From: an uncultured Poribacteria bacterium
GTDB taxonomy: Bacteria; Poribacteria; WGA-4E; WGA-3G
Reading direction: 5' to 3'
Assembly (NCBI GenBank): GCA_958296135.2
Contig: CATQHZ020000001.1
Coordinates: 4,448,001 to 4,512,000, forward strand
DNA length: 64,000 bases
Under the pieces are notes generated by a model. That model was not told the origin of the DNA, did not search any database, and worked only from the letters and a program-made list of their open reading frames with translations. Every line of letters begins with the position of its first letter. Within the stretch, counting starts at the first letter, position 1. A program made the position numbers and the translations under genes. This document shows positions 38,090 through 48,899 of this stretch, piece by piece.

Positions 38090-39766
38090 TTAGGACAACC
38101 CGCGGATGACATCACCGAGCCCCGCGCCCGCCGGCACCATCGGGAAGACGTTCTCCTCTTCGGCCACGATGAAATCGATGACGACAGGCCCGTCGTCAAT
38201 CCCCTTCGCCTTCTGCAAGGCGGGCCGGACATCTTCGACATGTTCAACGCGGAGCCCGGTGGCACCGAACGCCTGCGCGAGCATCGCGAAATCAGGGTTA
38301 TCGTGGTAGTCAACGGCGGAATAGCGCTTGCCGTGGAACAACTCCTGCCATTGCCGCACCATCCCCAAATACATGTTGTTGATGATGAAAATCTTGAGTG
38401 GCAGCTTCAGCGTAATCGCCGGCACGAGTTCCTGAATCGTCATGATATAGGAGCCGTCGCCGTTAATGTTGACTACGGTTTTGTCGGGGCATCCGAGTTG
38501 CGCACCGATAGCGGCAGGCAAACTAAAGCCCATCGTGCCGAGGCCGCCGGAGTTGAGCCACTGCCGCGGCTCCGTGAATTTGAAATACTGCGCCGCCCAC
38601 ATCTGATGCTGTCCGACATCCGCAACGACGATGGCATCGCGGTAATGCTCATAAATCTGCTCAATGACATATTGCGGCATCACCTTGCCGCCCTTCTGCT
38701 CGTATTCAAACGGATATTTCTGCTTCCATTCCTGAATCTGAGCCCGCCACGGATCGATGTCGGCCTTGCCAACCTGCTTGTTCAGTTCAGTGATAACGCT
38801 CTTCGCGTCGCCGACGACCGGCACGTCAATCGGCACATTCTTCCCGATGCACGATGCGTCAATGTCAACGTGAATCTTCTTGGCGTTCGGCGCGAATTTG
38901 CCGAGGTCGCCCGTAACCCGGTCATCGAATCTGGCACCGATGGCGATAACCAGGTCTGCGTCCGTGAAGGCGTAATTGGCACAGCAGGAGCCGTGCATGC
39001 CGGGCATCTCCATGGCGAGGGGATGCGTCTCCGGGAACGCGCCGAGCCCCATCAAGGTGACGGTAATCGGGATGCCGGTTTTGAGGGTGAACTCGCGCAG
39101 CTCCGCAGCGGCATTCGCGAGGACAACGCCGCCGCCAGCGTAAAGCATCGGGCGTTTCGCCTGCTTTATCAGTTCTACCGCCTTGGCAATTTGGCTCGGG
39201 TCGCCGTGCACCTGCGGTTTGTAGCTGCGGATGTTCACCGATTCCGGATAGTGATAAGGTGCCTCCTTGATCTGGGCATCCTTAGCGATGTCAATGACGA
39301 CAGGCCCCGGCTTCCCAGTGCGTGCGATATGAAACGCCTCCGCAACGACATCCGCCACCTCATCGCTACTTTTGATAAGGTAACTGTGTTTGCAGATAGG
39401 ACGCGTCACGCCGATAACGTCGCACTCTTGGAAGGCATCGCTGCCGATGTAATGCGTAAAGACTTGCCCGGTGATCGCCACCATCGGGATGGAATCCATG
39501 TAGGCGGTTGCAATGCCGGTGACAAGGTTCGTCGCGCCCGGTCCCGATGTTGCAAGGGCAACACCGACTTTTCCGGTGGCGCGGGCGTATCCATCAGCGG
39601 CATGTGAGCAGCCCTGTTCGTGCCGCATCGGGATAAGTTTTATATCTGTTTCACCGTAGAGTGCGTCGAAAATCGGCATCGCTGCGCCACCGTTGACACC
39701 AAAAATATATTCAACGCCTTCCTGTTTGAGACTTTCAATCAGGCTCCTGGCTCCTGAGAGTTCCAT
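38090..39766 (-). CDS. ilvB: Acetolactate synthase large subunit
   Basis: RHEQG, TSGPGATN, DVGQHQMW, GGLGTMG, GDGS...NN TPP motif; start MELSGA after the RBS. Confidence 0.96.
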   Translation of the reverse strand: MELSGARSLIESLKQEGVEYIFGVNGGAAMPIFDALYGETDIKLIPMRHEQGCSHAADGYARATGKVGVALATSGPGATNLVTGIATAYMDSIPMVAITGQVFTHYIGSDAFQECDVIGVTRPICKHSYLIKSSDEVADVVAEAFHIARTGKPGPVVIDIAKDAQIKEAPYHYPESVNIRSYKPQVHGDPSQIAKAVELIKQAKRPMLYAGGGVVLANAAAELREFTLKTGIPITVTLMGLGAFPETHPLAMEMPGMHGSCCANYAFTDADLVIAIGARFDDRVTGDLGKFAPNAKKIHVDIDASCIGKNVPIDVPVVGDAKSVITELNKQVGKADIDPWRAQIQEWKQKYPFEYEQKGGKVMPQYVIEQIYEHYRDAIVVADVGQHQMWAAQYFKFTEPRQWLNSGGLGTMGFSLPAAIGAQLGCPDKTVVNINGDGSYIMTIQELVPAITLKLPLKIFIINNMYLGMVRQWQELFHGKRYSAVDYHDNPDFAMLAQAFGATGLRVEHVEDVRPALQKAKGIDDGPVVIDFIVAEEENVFPMVPAGAGLGDVIRGLS

Positions 39767-39854
39767 GCCAATTCTCCTATAATCCGTAGCGCGAGGGCCC
39801 ACCCCTCGCAAACTCCAGACCGTTCCCGAAAATGTATATCCGTCCAAGCGAATT

Positions 39855-40246
39855 AAAAAAAGCCCGACTCGTTCCAGATTTGGAGACGAGAAGGGCTGCA
39901 AAGGGCCTTTCCGTGGTACCACTCCAATTCTCTTTCTCACTGCAGCAGGGTGCGCGCTTTTCAAGCGCGCCTACCTGAACAGTCTGTAGCGCGAGGGAAA
40001 ACCTCGCCAAATCGGCCATAGCGCGAGGGCTAGCTCGCCAATGAGAAAGAGCACTCATTCGGATGCGATAACGGGCATCACACCGGCCCATCCTAATTAG
40101 GTCTGGCACTTGCTGCCAAACGTCGGACGGTTCAGATGGGCAGCTCCGGGGCGACATTCAGTCAAGGTAACTTGAGGAGACCTCTCAGCCTATGAGTCTC
40201 CCGCTCTGGCAAGCCCGGGCGACTTACTCCTCCCCTTCAACGCTTT
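39855..40246 (-). promoter_or_regulatory. T-box riboswitch (Val specifier GUC) with terminator/antiterminator
   Basis: Stem I AAAGCGTTGAAGGGG...AGTA...AGAG...GCTGAG...GAA-T-GTC-G-CCCC; F-box CCGTTA; T-box AATTGGAGTGGTACCACG; terminator hairpin plus T7. Confidence 0.9.
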
Positions 40247-40300
40247 TATCGTGATCAATCTAATTATTTAATTGTAATTCGCGCACACGCGCCTTATTTA

Positions 40301-40329
40301 AGTATACCACATTTTAACCCAAATGTCAA
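40301..40329 (-). promoter_or_regulatory. Sigma70 promoter of the T-box-ilv operon
   Basis: TTGACA-17nt-TATACT. Confidence 0.75.
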
Positions 40330-40444
40330 GAAAAAATGTGATTTGGCAGAAATTTCGCCCGTAGCGCGAGAGCCTGTCCCTCGCAAAAGCCAAACCGTAG
40401 CCAAAAAAAGTAGGGCTCAGACGAGCCCTACCTACGGATTGATG

Positions 40445-41050
40445 CTACGCGTTCGCGATGTAGAGTTCGTTGACGCGCGTCCAATTGATGACGTTCATCC
40501 ACGCCTCAAGGTAATCGGGACGGCGATTCTGGTATTTCAGATAGTAGGCGTGCTCCCAGACATCAACGCCGAGCAGTGGGGTGTGCCCCTGCATCAGCGG
40601 GCTGTCCTGATTCGCCGTGGAATAAATCTCCAGGCCGTTATCGCCGAGGACGAGCCATGCCCATCCGGAGCCGAACCGTGTCGTCGCGGCGGTGCCGAAC
40701 AGGTCGCGGGCTTCTTCCAGCGAGCCGAACGTGGAGGCGATTGCGGATGCGATTTCGCCGCCGAGCTCGCCGCCATTCGGGCTCATAGTAGCCCAGAAGA
40801 GCGAGTGGTTCGCATGGCCGCCGCCGTTGTTAATCACCGCTTGGCGTTTGTCTTCGGGCACCCGGTCAAGGTTTTGCAGCAAGTCTGCAACGTCCATATC
40901 CGCGAGGTCCCCGAGGCCCTCAAGAGCAGCGTTCAGGTTGTTGACGTAGCCTTGATGGTGTCGCCCGTGGTGGATTTCCATCGTCTGTGCGTCAATGTAA
41001 GGTTCCAAAGCATCGTGCGCGTAAGGCAAAGCCGGTAATGTATGTGCCAT
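40445..41050 (-). CDS. sodA: Superoxide dismutase (Mn-type signature)
   Basis: [31 protein letters not shown]. Confidence 0.93.
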   Translation of the reverse strand: MAHTLPALPYAHDALEPYIDAQTMEIHHGRHHQGYVNNLNAALEGLGDLADMDVADLLQNLDRVPEDKRQAVINNGGGHANHSLFWATMSPNGGELGGEIASAIASTFGSLEEARDLFGTAATTRFGSGWAWLVLGDNGLEIYSTANQDSPLMQGHTPLLGVDVWEHAYYLKYQNRRPDYLEAWMNVINWTRVNELYIANA

Positions 41051-41163
41051 TTGAATTCTTCGTCGGAGTTTCATTCCAGCTCGAACGAGTTCCGACAAAA
41101 AACCTCCTTAAAATATGATGTAAAAAGTATAACAGATTTGCGATTTATATGCAAGCGAAAAAT

Positions 41164-44100
41164 TTATGCTTCCGCATCCATGCTTTCGGGAACCGCGCCG
41201 ACGCGGCACATCTGCTTGTAGGCGCAATAACTACAGGGTGCCGTTTTGTTGCGCGGTGTGAGTGGGAAGCTGCCGTCTTCCTCGGAATCCACAAACGTAT
41301 TCACGCGGGTGATGAGCGGGAATTTGCCGCTGCTCATCGCGTCTACGTACTGCTCAACGTAGCCGACGACGCGCTGAAGAGTGCCACCAAGAAACTCATC
41401 CAGCTGGCCATTGGATGCCCCAAACTTTCTCCACACTTCGCCGTTATACGCTTGGAAGGCACTGTCGTTGAGCGCCTTGTTGCCGAGGCCGAGTTCAACT
41501 GTGCACGCATCAAACCGAATTTTGTGATACAACCCCGCCGCTGGGGTGTATTTCCCAGGCAGCAGATGCTTCGCAATTTCGAGATAGATGGGCAGTTGGA
41601 GAGCACGTCCCTCCAAGATGTCTCGGATCCGAATTGTTGAGCCCCCGGTCTTATAGTCAATGACGTTAAAAACGCCGTTGCCGATATCAATCCTGTCGAT
41701 TTTCGCATCCAGCAGCACCCTGCCGATAGGGATGGACCGGGGGCGACTGAGCTTCGCATCGGCGTTCCCCTGCTCTCGTCCGATGTTGACTTCAAAGTAG
41801 CGGGGAACAACCGGTAAAGCGGCATCGCGCTCCGCCGCAAGCCATTTGTGCAAAGCGATTTGCAACCGCTCTTTCTCTATCTGCCAGAAGAGGTTGTCTC
41901 TGCCAATAGCGGTCTCTTGCCTCGTGCTGAGGCGGTCGCGGTGTTCTTCAGAAGCGCGCTCCAGCACTTCATCCAATTGCCGTTTTGCTTCGTCAAAGTT
42001 CCCCGGGTCAGGCTGTTGTCCGTTGCGGCCGGTGTAGAATTCAAAGAGGATCTGGTGGACTAAGATGCCTTTTTCAAGCGCGGAGAGTCCCTCTTCGTCA
42101 TCTCTCGGTGCCTTGAGTTTTAGAATTCTGTTGGCGAAATACTGGAACGGGCACTTCGCATACGTCTCTAATTCTGTGACAGAATGTGGGTCGTTTCGCA
42201 GACTCGCGAGGGCACTGTGGTTTTTCGCTGTTAAGAACCCTTCGTAGTCTAAGCGATTGTGCGTTTCCTCTCGGCTTTTTTCAACAAGGGAGACATGGTT
42301 CACCAGCGACATCGCCGCGTCTAGCGGCTCGGTTGCCGGGGCTTCAGTTGCCCACACATACTGCCCATATTTCTGAAGGAAGCGCGCGCGACTGAATTCC
42401 CCGGTACTCTCAACCTCTGCGGTGCCAATCCTCGCGACCTGCTCAAGTTGGGCAAGGAACGGTGAAGGGATGAGCTCTGATTCGTTTTCTGTCTTCGGGC
42501 TTACCAGATAGAGACGTTCTCGGAAAGCCTTGAGTGCCATATAGAAGAGGAATCGCTGCCGGCACAAGTGATCGGACTCGCTAGGGACGTGGGTATCGGG
42601 GAGCAACACATCAGGACGATAATTGGCAGGGAACCTACCATCAATGAAGTCACCGAGGATCACCGTGTCAAAGTCAAGGCTTCGAAGTTGGGATAAACTG
42701 AGAATGCGCACGCCGCCGCTCGTTTCAGGCGTTGGATACACCGTATGCGCCGCCATCAGCCGGAGCCACTGGACGTATTCATGATATTGGCACTTCGTCT
42801 CAGCAAGTGAGCGACACAATTCTTTAACCAGTTTTTCAAGTTCTTGACACGCAGCTATTTCCGATGAAATAACGGAACTATCAATCGCAGCCGGTGAGTT
42901 CAGAATGTTGGGGAGAACCTCTCCCTGTTCAAGCAGCGCGCTAAAATAGGCTTGAAACTCCATCGGTGTCATTTCCTTATCTTTCGACGGCATCTCACCC
43001 TGAGAAAAATAGGGAGATTCTGGCGGCACCGCACTCTTCGTCAAACAAGAAAAAATTGCCTTTACCAACGGCGACTGCGCGAGCGGACACCCTTCTGTCA
43101 CTGAATAGGGGATGCCGTGCTCGGGAAAAATTTCGGCGATGCGCTGTAGATACAACCGGAGGTTGTGATACGTGACACAGATATCATCTAGTTGACACGC
43201 GCCGCTTTTGATGCGTTGCCGGATGAGGTGCGCAACCTGCTCTACCTCGTCTGTCCGGTTCTCCGGCCTGACGAGTTTAATTTGCGCGTGCAGATCCAAC
43301 TGTGAACCTTCGTCTGAATTAGAACGAAACAGGTTATCGGCGAAATGCGAGACACGTTCTTGCTGGTGTGGCAGCACGGTGGTAGCGTGAGGGCCTGTCC
43401 CTCGCGAGCCCTCGCTTGAAATGAAAAACGCAGTTATCACGTTGGAATCGCTGAGCTCCTCAAAGAGTTTCTTAACATGCCCAAACAGCGCAGGATTGCC
43501 TTCGCGATAATCCGATCGGAGGTATACCTGTATATTCGGCATATCAGCAATCTGTGCCAAAAGTTTGACATCTGTTTTGGAGAGGACATCAAAATCCTCC
43601 ACGCTAACGAGGGAGACACCTGGGAACGCTTTCCTCATCAACTTCGGCTCGAACTGTGTGGCAAGGAAAAGGTGCTTTCCCTGCTCATCTATCCATCTGC
43701 GGTTGAGCTTGCCCTGATACTTACCGTAAATCTCCGAGAGGGCGTTCAGGTGCGCGTTTCGCGCCTCCAACTCAAAGTTTTCCCATTCGGTATCGTCGGT
43801 GCCGCGCTCTTTAAGATAATTAATCGTGTTGACAATGAGGGACAGGGTGCTATCCGGGGTGGGAACATCTTGCACCGGACGGAACGACTGCCGCTCTTGT
43901 TTGTCAACGAGCTCGCGTAGCCAAAGAGTTTGCAATCCGGGTGAAATTTCTGTGCGTTTTTTGTTCCAATCAAGTTGCGCGTAGAGCCGTTGCACAAATT
44001 TGGCTAACGTATGCACGCGCAGATTCGCGACTGTCCCGCTCGGGTGATACTGGAGCAATTCGCGTTGTCGTTTCAAACGCGCCGAATGGGTAGGGACAAT

Positions 44101-44166
44101 CACGACGAATGTTTCTGCGCGGTCTGCCTCAATACGAGCTTTGAGGATGTTTTCAACGTCTTGCAT
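41164..44166 (-). CDS. AddB/RecB-like PD-(D/E)XK nuclease with degenerate helicase part and Fe-S cysteines
   Basis: SVTELETYAKCPFQYF, KIDRID, IDYKTG, LQLPIY, CSYCAYKQMC. Confidence 0.82.
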   Translation of the reverse strand: MQDVENILKARIEADRAETFVVIVPTHSARLKRQRELLQYHPSGTVANLRVHTLAKFVQRLYAQLDWNKKRTEISPGLQTLWLRELVDKQERQSFRPVQDVPTPDSTLSLIVNTINYLKERGTDDTEWENFELEARNAHLNALSEIYGKYQGKLNRRWIDEQGKHLFLATQFEPKLMRKAFPGVSLVSVEDFDVLSKTDVKLLAQIADMPNIQVYLRSDYREGNPALFGHVKKLFEELSDSNVITAFFISSEGSRGTGPHATTVLPHQQERVSHFADNLFRSNSDEGSQLDLHAQIKLVRPENRTDEVEQVAHLIRQRIKSGACQLDDICVTYHNLRLYLQRIAEIFPEHGIPYSVTEGCPLAQSPLVKAIFSCLTKSAVPPESPYFSQGEMPSKDKEMTPMEFQAYFSALLEQGEVLPNILNSPAAIDSSVISSEIAACQELEKLVKELCRSLAETKCQYHEYVQWLRLMAAHTVYPTPETSGGVRILSLSQLRSLDFDTVILGDFIDGRFPANYRPDVLLPDTHVPSESDHLCRQRFLFYMALKAFRERLYLVSPKTENESELIPSPFLAQLEQVARIGTAEVESTGEFSRARFLQKYGQYVWATEAPATEPLDAAMSLVNHVSLVEKSREETHNRLDYEGFLTAKNHSALASLRNDPHSVTELETYAKCPFQYFANRILKLKAPRDDEEGLSALEKGILVHQILFEFYTGRNGQQPDPGNFDEAKRQLDEVLERASEEHRDRLSTRQETAIGRDNLFWQIEKERLQIALHKWLAAERDAALPVVPRYFEVNIGREQGNADAKLSRPRSIPIGRVLLDAKIDRIDIGNGVFNVIDYKTGGSTIRIRDILEGRALQLPIYLEIAKHLLPGKYTPAAGLYHKIRFDACTVELGLGNKALNDSAFQAYNGEVWRKFGASNGQLDEFLGGTLQRVVGYVEQYVDAMSSGKFPLITRVNTFVDSEEDGSFPLTPRNKTAPCSYCAYKQMCRVGAVPESMDAEA

Positions 44167-44314
44167 CTGTTTTCTCCGAAGTTGACGCGAAACTGTTTCG
44201 CGTCAAACTCTTCAATTGCCTAACGCGGGTTTTAACGTTTTGTACCCCGCGGGTGGAAAAGCGAACTTCCAACACGATAAACCGGCAGTCAAGAATGGTT
44301 TGCGCACGGTTTCC

Positions 44315-46231
44315 TCACCGAATTTGTGTACCGAGGGGGACTTCTGTCTCCAACGTTGCCAAAACCACCGAATCCCCACTCGCCGCAAGGAGCATGCCTT
44401 GCGATTCAACACCGCGGAGAGTTACTGGCTCTAAATTCGTTACGACGATGACCTGTTTTCCGATTAAGGTTTCCGGCGTGTAATGCGCCGCAATGCCCGC
44501 GACAACTTGCCGTTTTTCGGCACCCAGGTCTACCTGCAATTTCAGGAGCCGGTCTGCCCCCTCAACTGGTTCAGCGGCGATAACCTTGGCAGCACGCAGG
44601 TCCAACTTTTGGAAGTCCGAAAAGGAGATAAGATTGCTCGGAGATTTTTCCGCCTTCTGTTTCGGTGCCGCCTTTGGGCTTGGAGGCGGCGACGCTTTCT
44701 TCTGGCGCGTCTTTTTATCAATGCGCGGGAAAATCGGTTCGCCGCGCGCTATCGCGAGGTTTTTCGGTAAGCCGCCCCACGTCGCTATCGTATCAAAACC
44801 GTTTGCACCGACAGGTAAATTCAGCTGCTGTCGGATTTTGTCCGCCGTGTCGGGCATAAACGGCGCAATCAGCACGGAGATGATGCGCAACGCTTCCAAT
44901 CCGTTGTAAAGGATGGTGCCCATGCGCGGCCGCTTCTCCGGGGTGTTGAGCGTCCAGACTTCGGTTTGCTGGATGTAGCGATTGATGCGCCGCACGAACC
45001 CCCAAATCGTCTCTAACGCCGTATCAAAAGCGAACGTCTCCATTAAAGCGTCCAATTTCTGAAGGGTTTCCCGATGCATCGCTTTGACTTCGTCGTCGAA
45101 TTCGCCCGGTGTCGTCGGTTCTGGCACTCGCTTGAAGTGTTTGCCGACGAGGCCGAGGACGCGATTGAGGAGGTTCCCCAAATCGTTGGCAAGATCGGCG
45201 TGGTAGCGTGCGTTTAATCTGCTAAGCCGATAGTCGCCATCGTTTCCGAAACTAAATTCGCGCAGCAGATAGTAACGGAAGGCATCCACACCGTAGGTAG
45301 CGATGTCGGTATCCATATCGATGAAGATGCCGCGCGTCTTGCTCAACGCCTCGCCATCCTTCGTTAACCATCCGTGCGCGACGATGTGCTTCGGCAGCGG
45401 GAGGTTCAACGCCATCAGCATCGCAGGCCAGATTAAGGCGTGGAATCGGGTGATGTCCTTCGCCATCATGTGCACATCCGCAGGCCAAAAGGTCTGGTAT
45501 CGTTCGCTTTCGGTTTCGTAACCAAGCGCGGTCATGTAATTGCTCAAGGCTTCGATCCAGACGTAGGCAATGTGCCGCGGATCGAACGGCAACGGGATGC
45601 CCCACGATACAGAGGAACGGGAGATGCTCACATCTTCCAACCCCGCTTCTAAAAAACTCAGGAGCTCATTTCGCCGGGGTTCCAGATGGATGAACATCGG
45701 GTTCTCGCGGATGTGCGAACTCAGCCGCTCTTGATACTTGGAGAGTCTAAAGAAGTAGTTTTCTTCCTCCACCCATTCCAAAGGCAATTGATGAACGGGA
45801 CAGATTTTCTCCTCGGTCAGCTCTTTCTCCGGAAAAAATTGCTCACACGGACGGCAGTAGTGGCCCTCGTAGGTGTCTTTGTAGACATCCCCGCTTGCTT
45901 CAAGGGCGGTGAGGAATTTCCGGACCCCGCGCTTGTGCATCTCGCTCGTCGTGCGGAGAAAAATGTCGTGCGAGATGTTCAGCCGCTGCCACAACTTTGT
46001 GAACGTGGGTGCCATCTTATCGCAGTAGGCTTGCGGTGCGAGGCCCTCGTTCTCGGCAGATTTATGCACATTCGCGCCGTGTTCATCAACACCGGTGAGA
46101 AAGAACACGTCGTACCCCTTGAGGCGATGATACCGCGCCAAGACATCGGCGGCGATGTTGGTATAGGCATGCCCAGCGTGCGGTTCGCCGTTGACATAGT
46201 AAATAGGCGTAGTGACGTAAAATGCAGTCAT
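44315..46231 (-). CDS. metG: Methionine--tRNA ligase with C-terminal tRNA-binding domain
   Basis: FYVTTPIYYVN..HAGH, LTGVDEHG, KDITRFH, LANDLGNL; OB-fold SQGMLL; TTGACA-17-TAAAAT promoter at 46299-46271. Confidence 0.96.
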   Translation of the reverse strand: MTAFYVTTPIYYVNGEPHAGHAYTNIAADVLARYHRLKGYDVFFLTGVDEHGANVHKSAENEGLAPQAYCDKMAPTFTKLWQRLNISHDIFLRTTSEMHKRGVRKFLTALEASGDVYKDTYEGHYCRPCEQFFPEKELTEEKICPVHQLPLEWVEEENYFFRLSKYQERLSSHIRENPMFIHLEPRRNELLSFLEAGLEDVSISRSSVSWGIPLPFDPRHIAYVWIEALSNYMTALGYETESERYQTFWPADVHMMAKDITRFHALIWPAMLMALNLPLPKHIVAHGWLTKDGEALSKTRGIFIDMDTDIATYGVDAFRYYLLREFSFGNDGDYRLSRLNARYHADLANDLGNLLNRVLGLVGKHFKRVPEPTTPGEFDDEVKAMHRETLQKLDALMETFAFDTALETIWGFVRRINRYIQQTEVWTLNTPEKRPRMGTILYNGLEALRIISVLIAPFMPDTADKIRQQLNLPVGANGFDTIATWGGLPKNLAIARGEPIFPRIDKKTRQKKASPPPSPKAAPKQKAEKSPSNLISFSDFQKLDLRAAKVIAAEPVEGADRLLKLQVDLGAEKRQVVAGIAAHYTPETLIGKQVIVVTNLEPVTLRGVESQGMLLAASGDSVVLATLETEVPLGTQIR

Positions 46232-46319
46232 CGGTTTCCTTTGGTTCTCAATTATTGTCTGTTTTATTGCATTTTACCATAAAATCCTCTGTTTGTCAAG
46301 AAATTTTGTGAGTCCAGCG

Positions 46320-47696
46320 TTATTTCGCGGCATCTTGTGCAGCCTGAATTTCCGATAACAGCTGTTGATACGCAGTCCTATCCGGCTCCATTTCCAAGGC
46401 GCGACGAATTGCAGACAACGCCTCCGAATATTCCCCATGACGGTAATAGGCGTAGGCGAGAGTATCGTAATGCTTTGCCGTGGGGGATAACGCAACCGCC
46501 TGCCTCGCTAACGCAACCGCTTTTTGCAATTCCTTGCCGAGTCCGGCGTAGACGCGCGCCAAATTGTTGTGTGCCTCCGCCGATGTGCTATCGGCAGAGA
46601 TTGCGGCGTGGAATGCCCGGATGGCATCGGAAAACCGTTTTTGGTTAACAGAGATGATACCCAACTTTAGCCATGCCTGCGCATCTTTAGGGGCAATCTC
46701 GGTGGCACGGGTATAGACTGCAATCGCCTTTTCCAAGGCGCGCTGTCGGATAAACAACTCGCCGAGGCGATGGTAGGGCGGCAAAAACACCGGATGCACC
46801 GTCGTCGCAATCTGGTAAATGCGTTCTGCCGCCGATAGATTATCGACAGATTCGTGGAGTTCGCCTAGTTTGACATATAGCATCGGCATGTTCGGATTTG
46901 TATAAAGTGCCTCACGATACTGATGCACTGTATCCCCGTAAGCCTTCAGACGGGTGAACCGCGCCATCGCGGTTTTAGCATGTCCGGCTTCTCGTAAACG
47001 GCGGTAGGTGAGAGCAAGGCGGTAATAGGCTTGTGCGAGATAGGGATTGCGCGCAATCGCATCGCGATAATAGATGACAGCCGCCGTGAGATTATTCTGC
47101 ATCTCTGCCACTCTGCCCAACCCGTAATAGGATTCGGTGGACTCCGAGTCTAGGCGGATGCCGGCGCGATAGGCACGTTCAGCCGCACTCAATCGGCGTT
47201 GGAGAAAGTGGACATCGCCGAGGTGGAGGTGCGCCGCGGCGGTTTCTGGGAGCAGCGTCACCGCCCGCTTGAGGTGTTTTTCAGCCAGCAGCAGTTGTCC
47301 CTGCGCTTTGTGGACGATGCCGATGTGCAGATGCGCGCTGCCGTGGACGTGTGGCGGCGCATCTACTGCTAATGCCGCCTGATATGCAGATATCGCTTCG
47401 CTGAGCCTATTTTTTTCTTCGTAGATAATGCCGATGTAGCAGTGGACGAGACTCTGAGCGGGCGTTTGTTTTAAGAGGGATTGAAATTCGGCGAGCGCCT
47501 GGTCATATTGCTCCAATTCAAGATAGTGAACGGCTTGTCCAAACTGCGCACGCAACCGGGAAGTCGCGCCTACATCAAACTGCACTCGCGACGGGGAGAT
47601 TGTGCCGACAGGCGAGGCTTCCTGCCACGCAGGTTGAACGAACACGCCGAAGAAAAGAAGCAGGAATGGGTAGAGAGGCAGCGCGCGCGCTAACAT
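46320..47696 (-). CDS. TPR-repeat exported protein
   Basis: Hydrophobic N-terminus and more than 8 TPR motifs. Confidence 0.85.
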   Translation of the reverse strand: MLARALPLYPFLLLFFGVFVQPAWQEASPVGTISPSRVQFDVGATSRLRAQFGQAVHYLELEQYDQALAEFQSLLKQTPAQSLVHCYIGIIYEEKNRLSEAISAYQAALAVDAPPHVHGSAHLHIGIVHKAQGQLLLAEKHLKRAVTLLPETAAAHLHLGDVHFLQRRLSAAERAYRAGIRLDSESTESYYGLGRVAEMQNNLTAAVIYYRDAIARNPYLAQAYYRLALTYRRLREAGHAKTAMARFTRLKAYGDTVHQYREALYTNPNMPMLYVKLGELHESVDNLSAAERIYQIATTVHPVFLPPYHRLGELFIRQRALEKAIAVYTRATEIAPKDAQAWLKLGIISVNQKRFSDAIRAFHAAISADSTSAEAHNNLARVYAGLGKELQKAVALARQAVALSPTAKHYDTLAYAYYRHGEYSEALSAIRRALEMEPDRTAYQQLLSEIQAAQDAAK

Positions 47697-47933
47697 CAAG
47701 TGAACCTCCGGGGGTAGAAACTTTCCAACTACGCCACAATTGCAACAATGACAGCGGCCAGCGCGACGATGGGAGAGAAATGGAAATCCGCGTAGCCTTT
47801 CGCGCTATCCCCCCGCTCGTTGCTTCCACCCTGACGCTTTCAAGGGAAGCGCGCTTAAAAAGCGCGCCTACCGAGATGAAGAATGCGCCCACTTTACAGT
47901 GGCAGCGCGCGCCTACCGGGTTCGGATAAGAAA

Positions 47934-48725
47934 TTAGTCACGACGGGCTTTCACAGAGCCCCATGTCGTGGTAAGTTTATCCTTCGGCTCAACGGGGAGC
48001 AGATTCCCATCCATCACATCTACCACCTCGTTATCACTGAGGGCGCGGTCGTAGACGTAAAGGTCATCGATGTAGAAGAGAGCAGCACCGTAGCCGGTTT
48101 TACCGACGTAGAGTTTCTCTTCGCCTTGCGCGTGGTCCTTCGGAACGGCCTGTTCCTCGATTTCTTCGCCATCGATGTAAAACCGCAGCTGGGCACCCTC
48201 TTTGACACCTGCAATATGATACCATTTACCAGTGTCAAACTCATCGCCTTCGCCGCCGGGCCCGGTGCAATGCGTCCCTTGGTTTCCTGGATTGAACCGA
48301 TAGTGGATGTGCAAGGTAACGCGGTTGCAGGTCCAGATACCGGGAGACCTGTCAGAGCCAGGGGCCTTTTTGGCGATGATTTGGTTCCAACTCCCGGAAT
48401 TCTTTTCGGTGAATTGGAGCCAAAAGAGATAGGAATTATCCCCGTAATCATCTAACGCTTTGAAGGAGTCAACCGTCATCCCCGTCCCGGCATCTTCGCA
48501 GCGCAACGCGCCGGATCCGTAGACAATCTCCTTGTCAGTTATCTCCGCTTTATCAAGCTGCCCATCGTTCCCGCCGCCGGTTTCATCCGTCACCGTTCCG
48601 CCTTTTTCGTTATCGAAACTGAAATAGAGGATGAGGCCGTCGTCTTGTACCGTGGCAGCCTGCGCGACAATTGCGTTGCTTCCGAGAAGGAGCGCAATCG
48701 TGAACAAAAACATAATCGCTCGCAT
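47934..48725 (-). CDS. Secreted LamG domain protein with KLTTTWG tail
   Basis: Signal peptide; LILYFSFD, KWYHIAGV, FYIDG, IDDLYVYDRALS; C-terminus LPVEPKDKLTTTWGSVKARRD. Confidence 0.88.
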   Translation of the reverse strand: MRAIMFLFTIALLLGSNAIVAQAATVQDDGLILYFSFDNEKGGTVTDETGGGNDGQLDKAEITDKEIVYGSGALRCEDAGTGMTVDSFKALDDYGDNSYLFWLQFTEKNSGSWNQIIAKKAPGSDRSPGIWTCNRVTLHIHYRFNPGNQGTHCTGPGGEGDEFDTGKWYHIAGVKEGAQLRFYIDGEEIEEQAVPKDHAQGEEKLYVGKTGYGAALFYIDDLYVYDRALSDNEVVDVMDGNLLPVEPKDKLTTTWGSVKARRD

Positions 48726-48899
48726 GAGTAAACCTCCTCATACTATGTAGATTTGCACTGACGCAAACCACACGTCCCGTAGGTGCTGTTGAAAACCACG
48801 CCTACGGGGGGTTCCGCGTAAGTCCTACGTAGAAAAGAATTAACAACTTGTGCGAACCTCTTCCGCAAAAAAGAAGTCCGCGTTCCGACTCATGATATT

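Noticed and set aside
38240-39607. Long + strand ORF (455 aa) and similar antisense ORFs (e.g. 5487-6380, 54288-55328, 15439-16194)
   Set aside because: Shadow frames opposite well-supported genes in GC-rich DNA.
39767-39964. N-terminal extension of IlvB (624-aa ORF)
   Set aside because: The extension overlaps the T-box terminator and a REP; homology and the RBS support the start at 39766.
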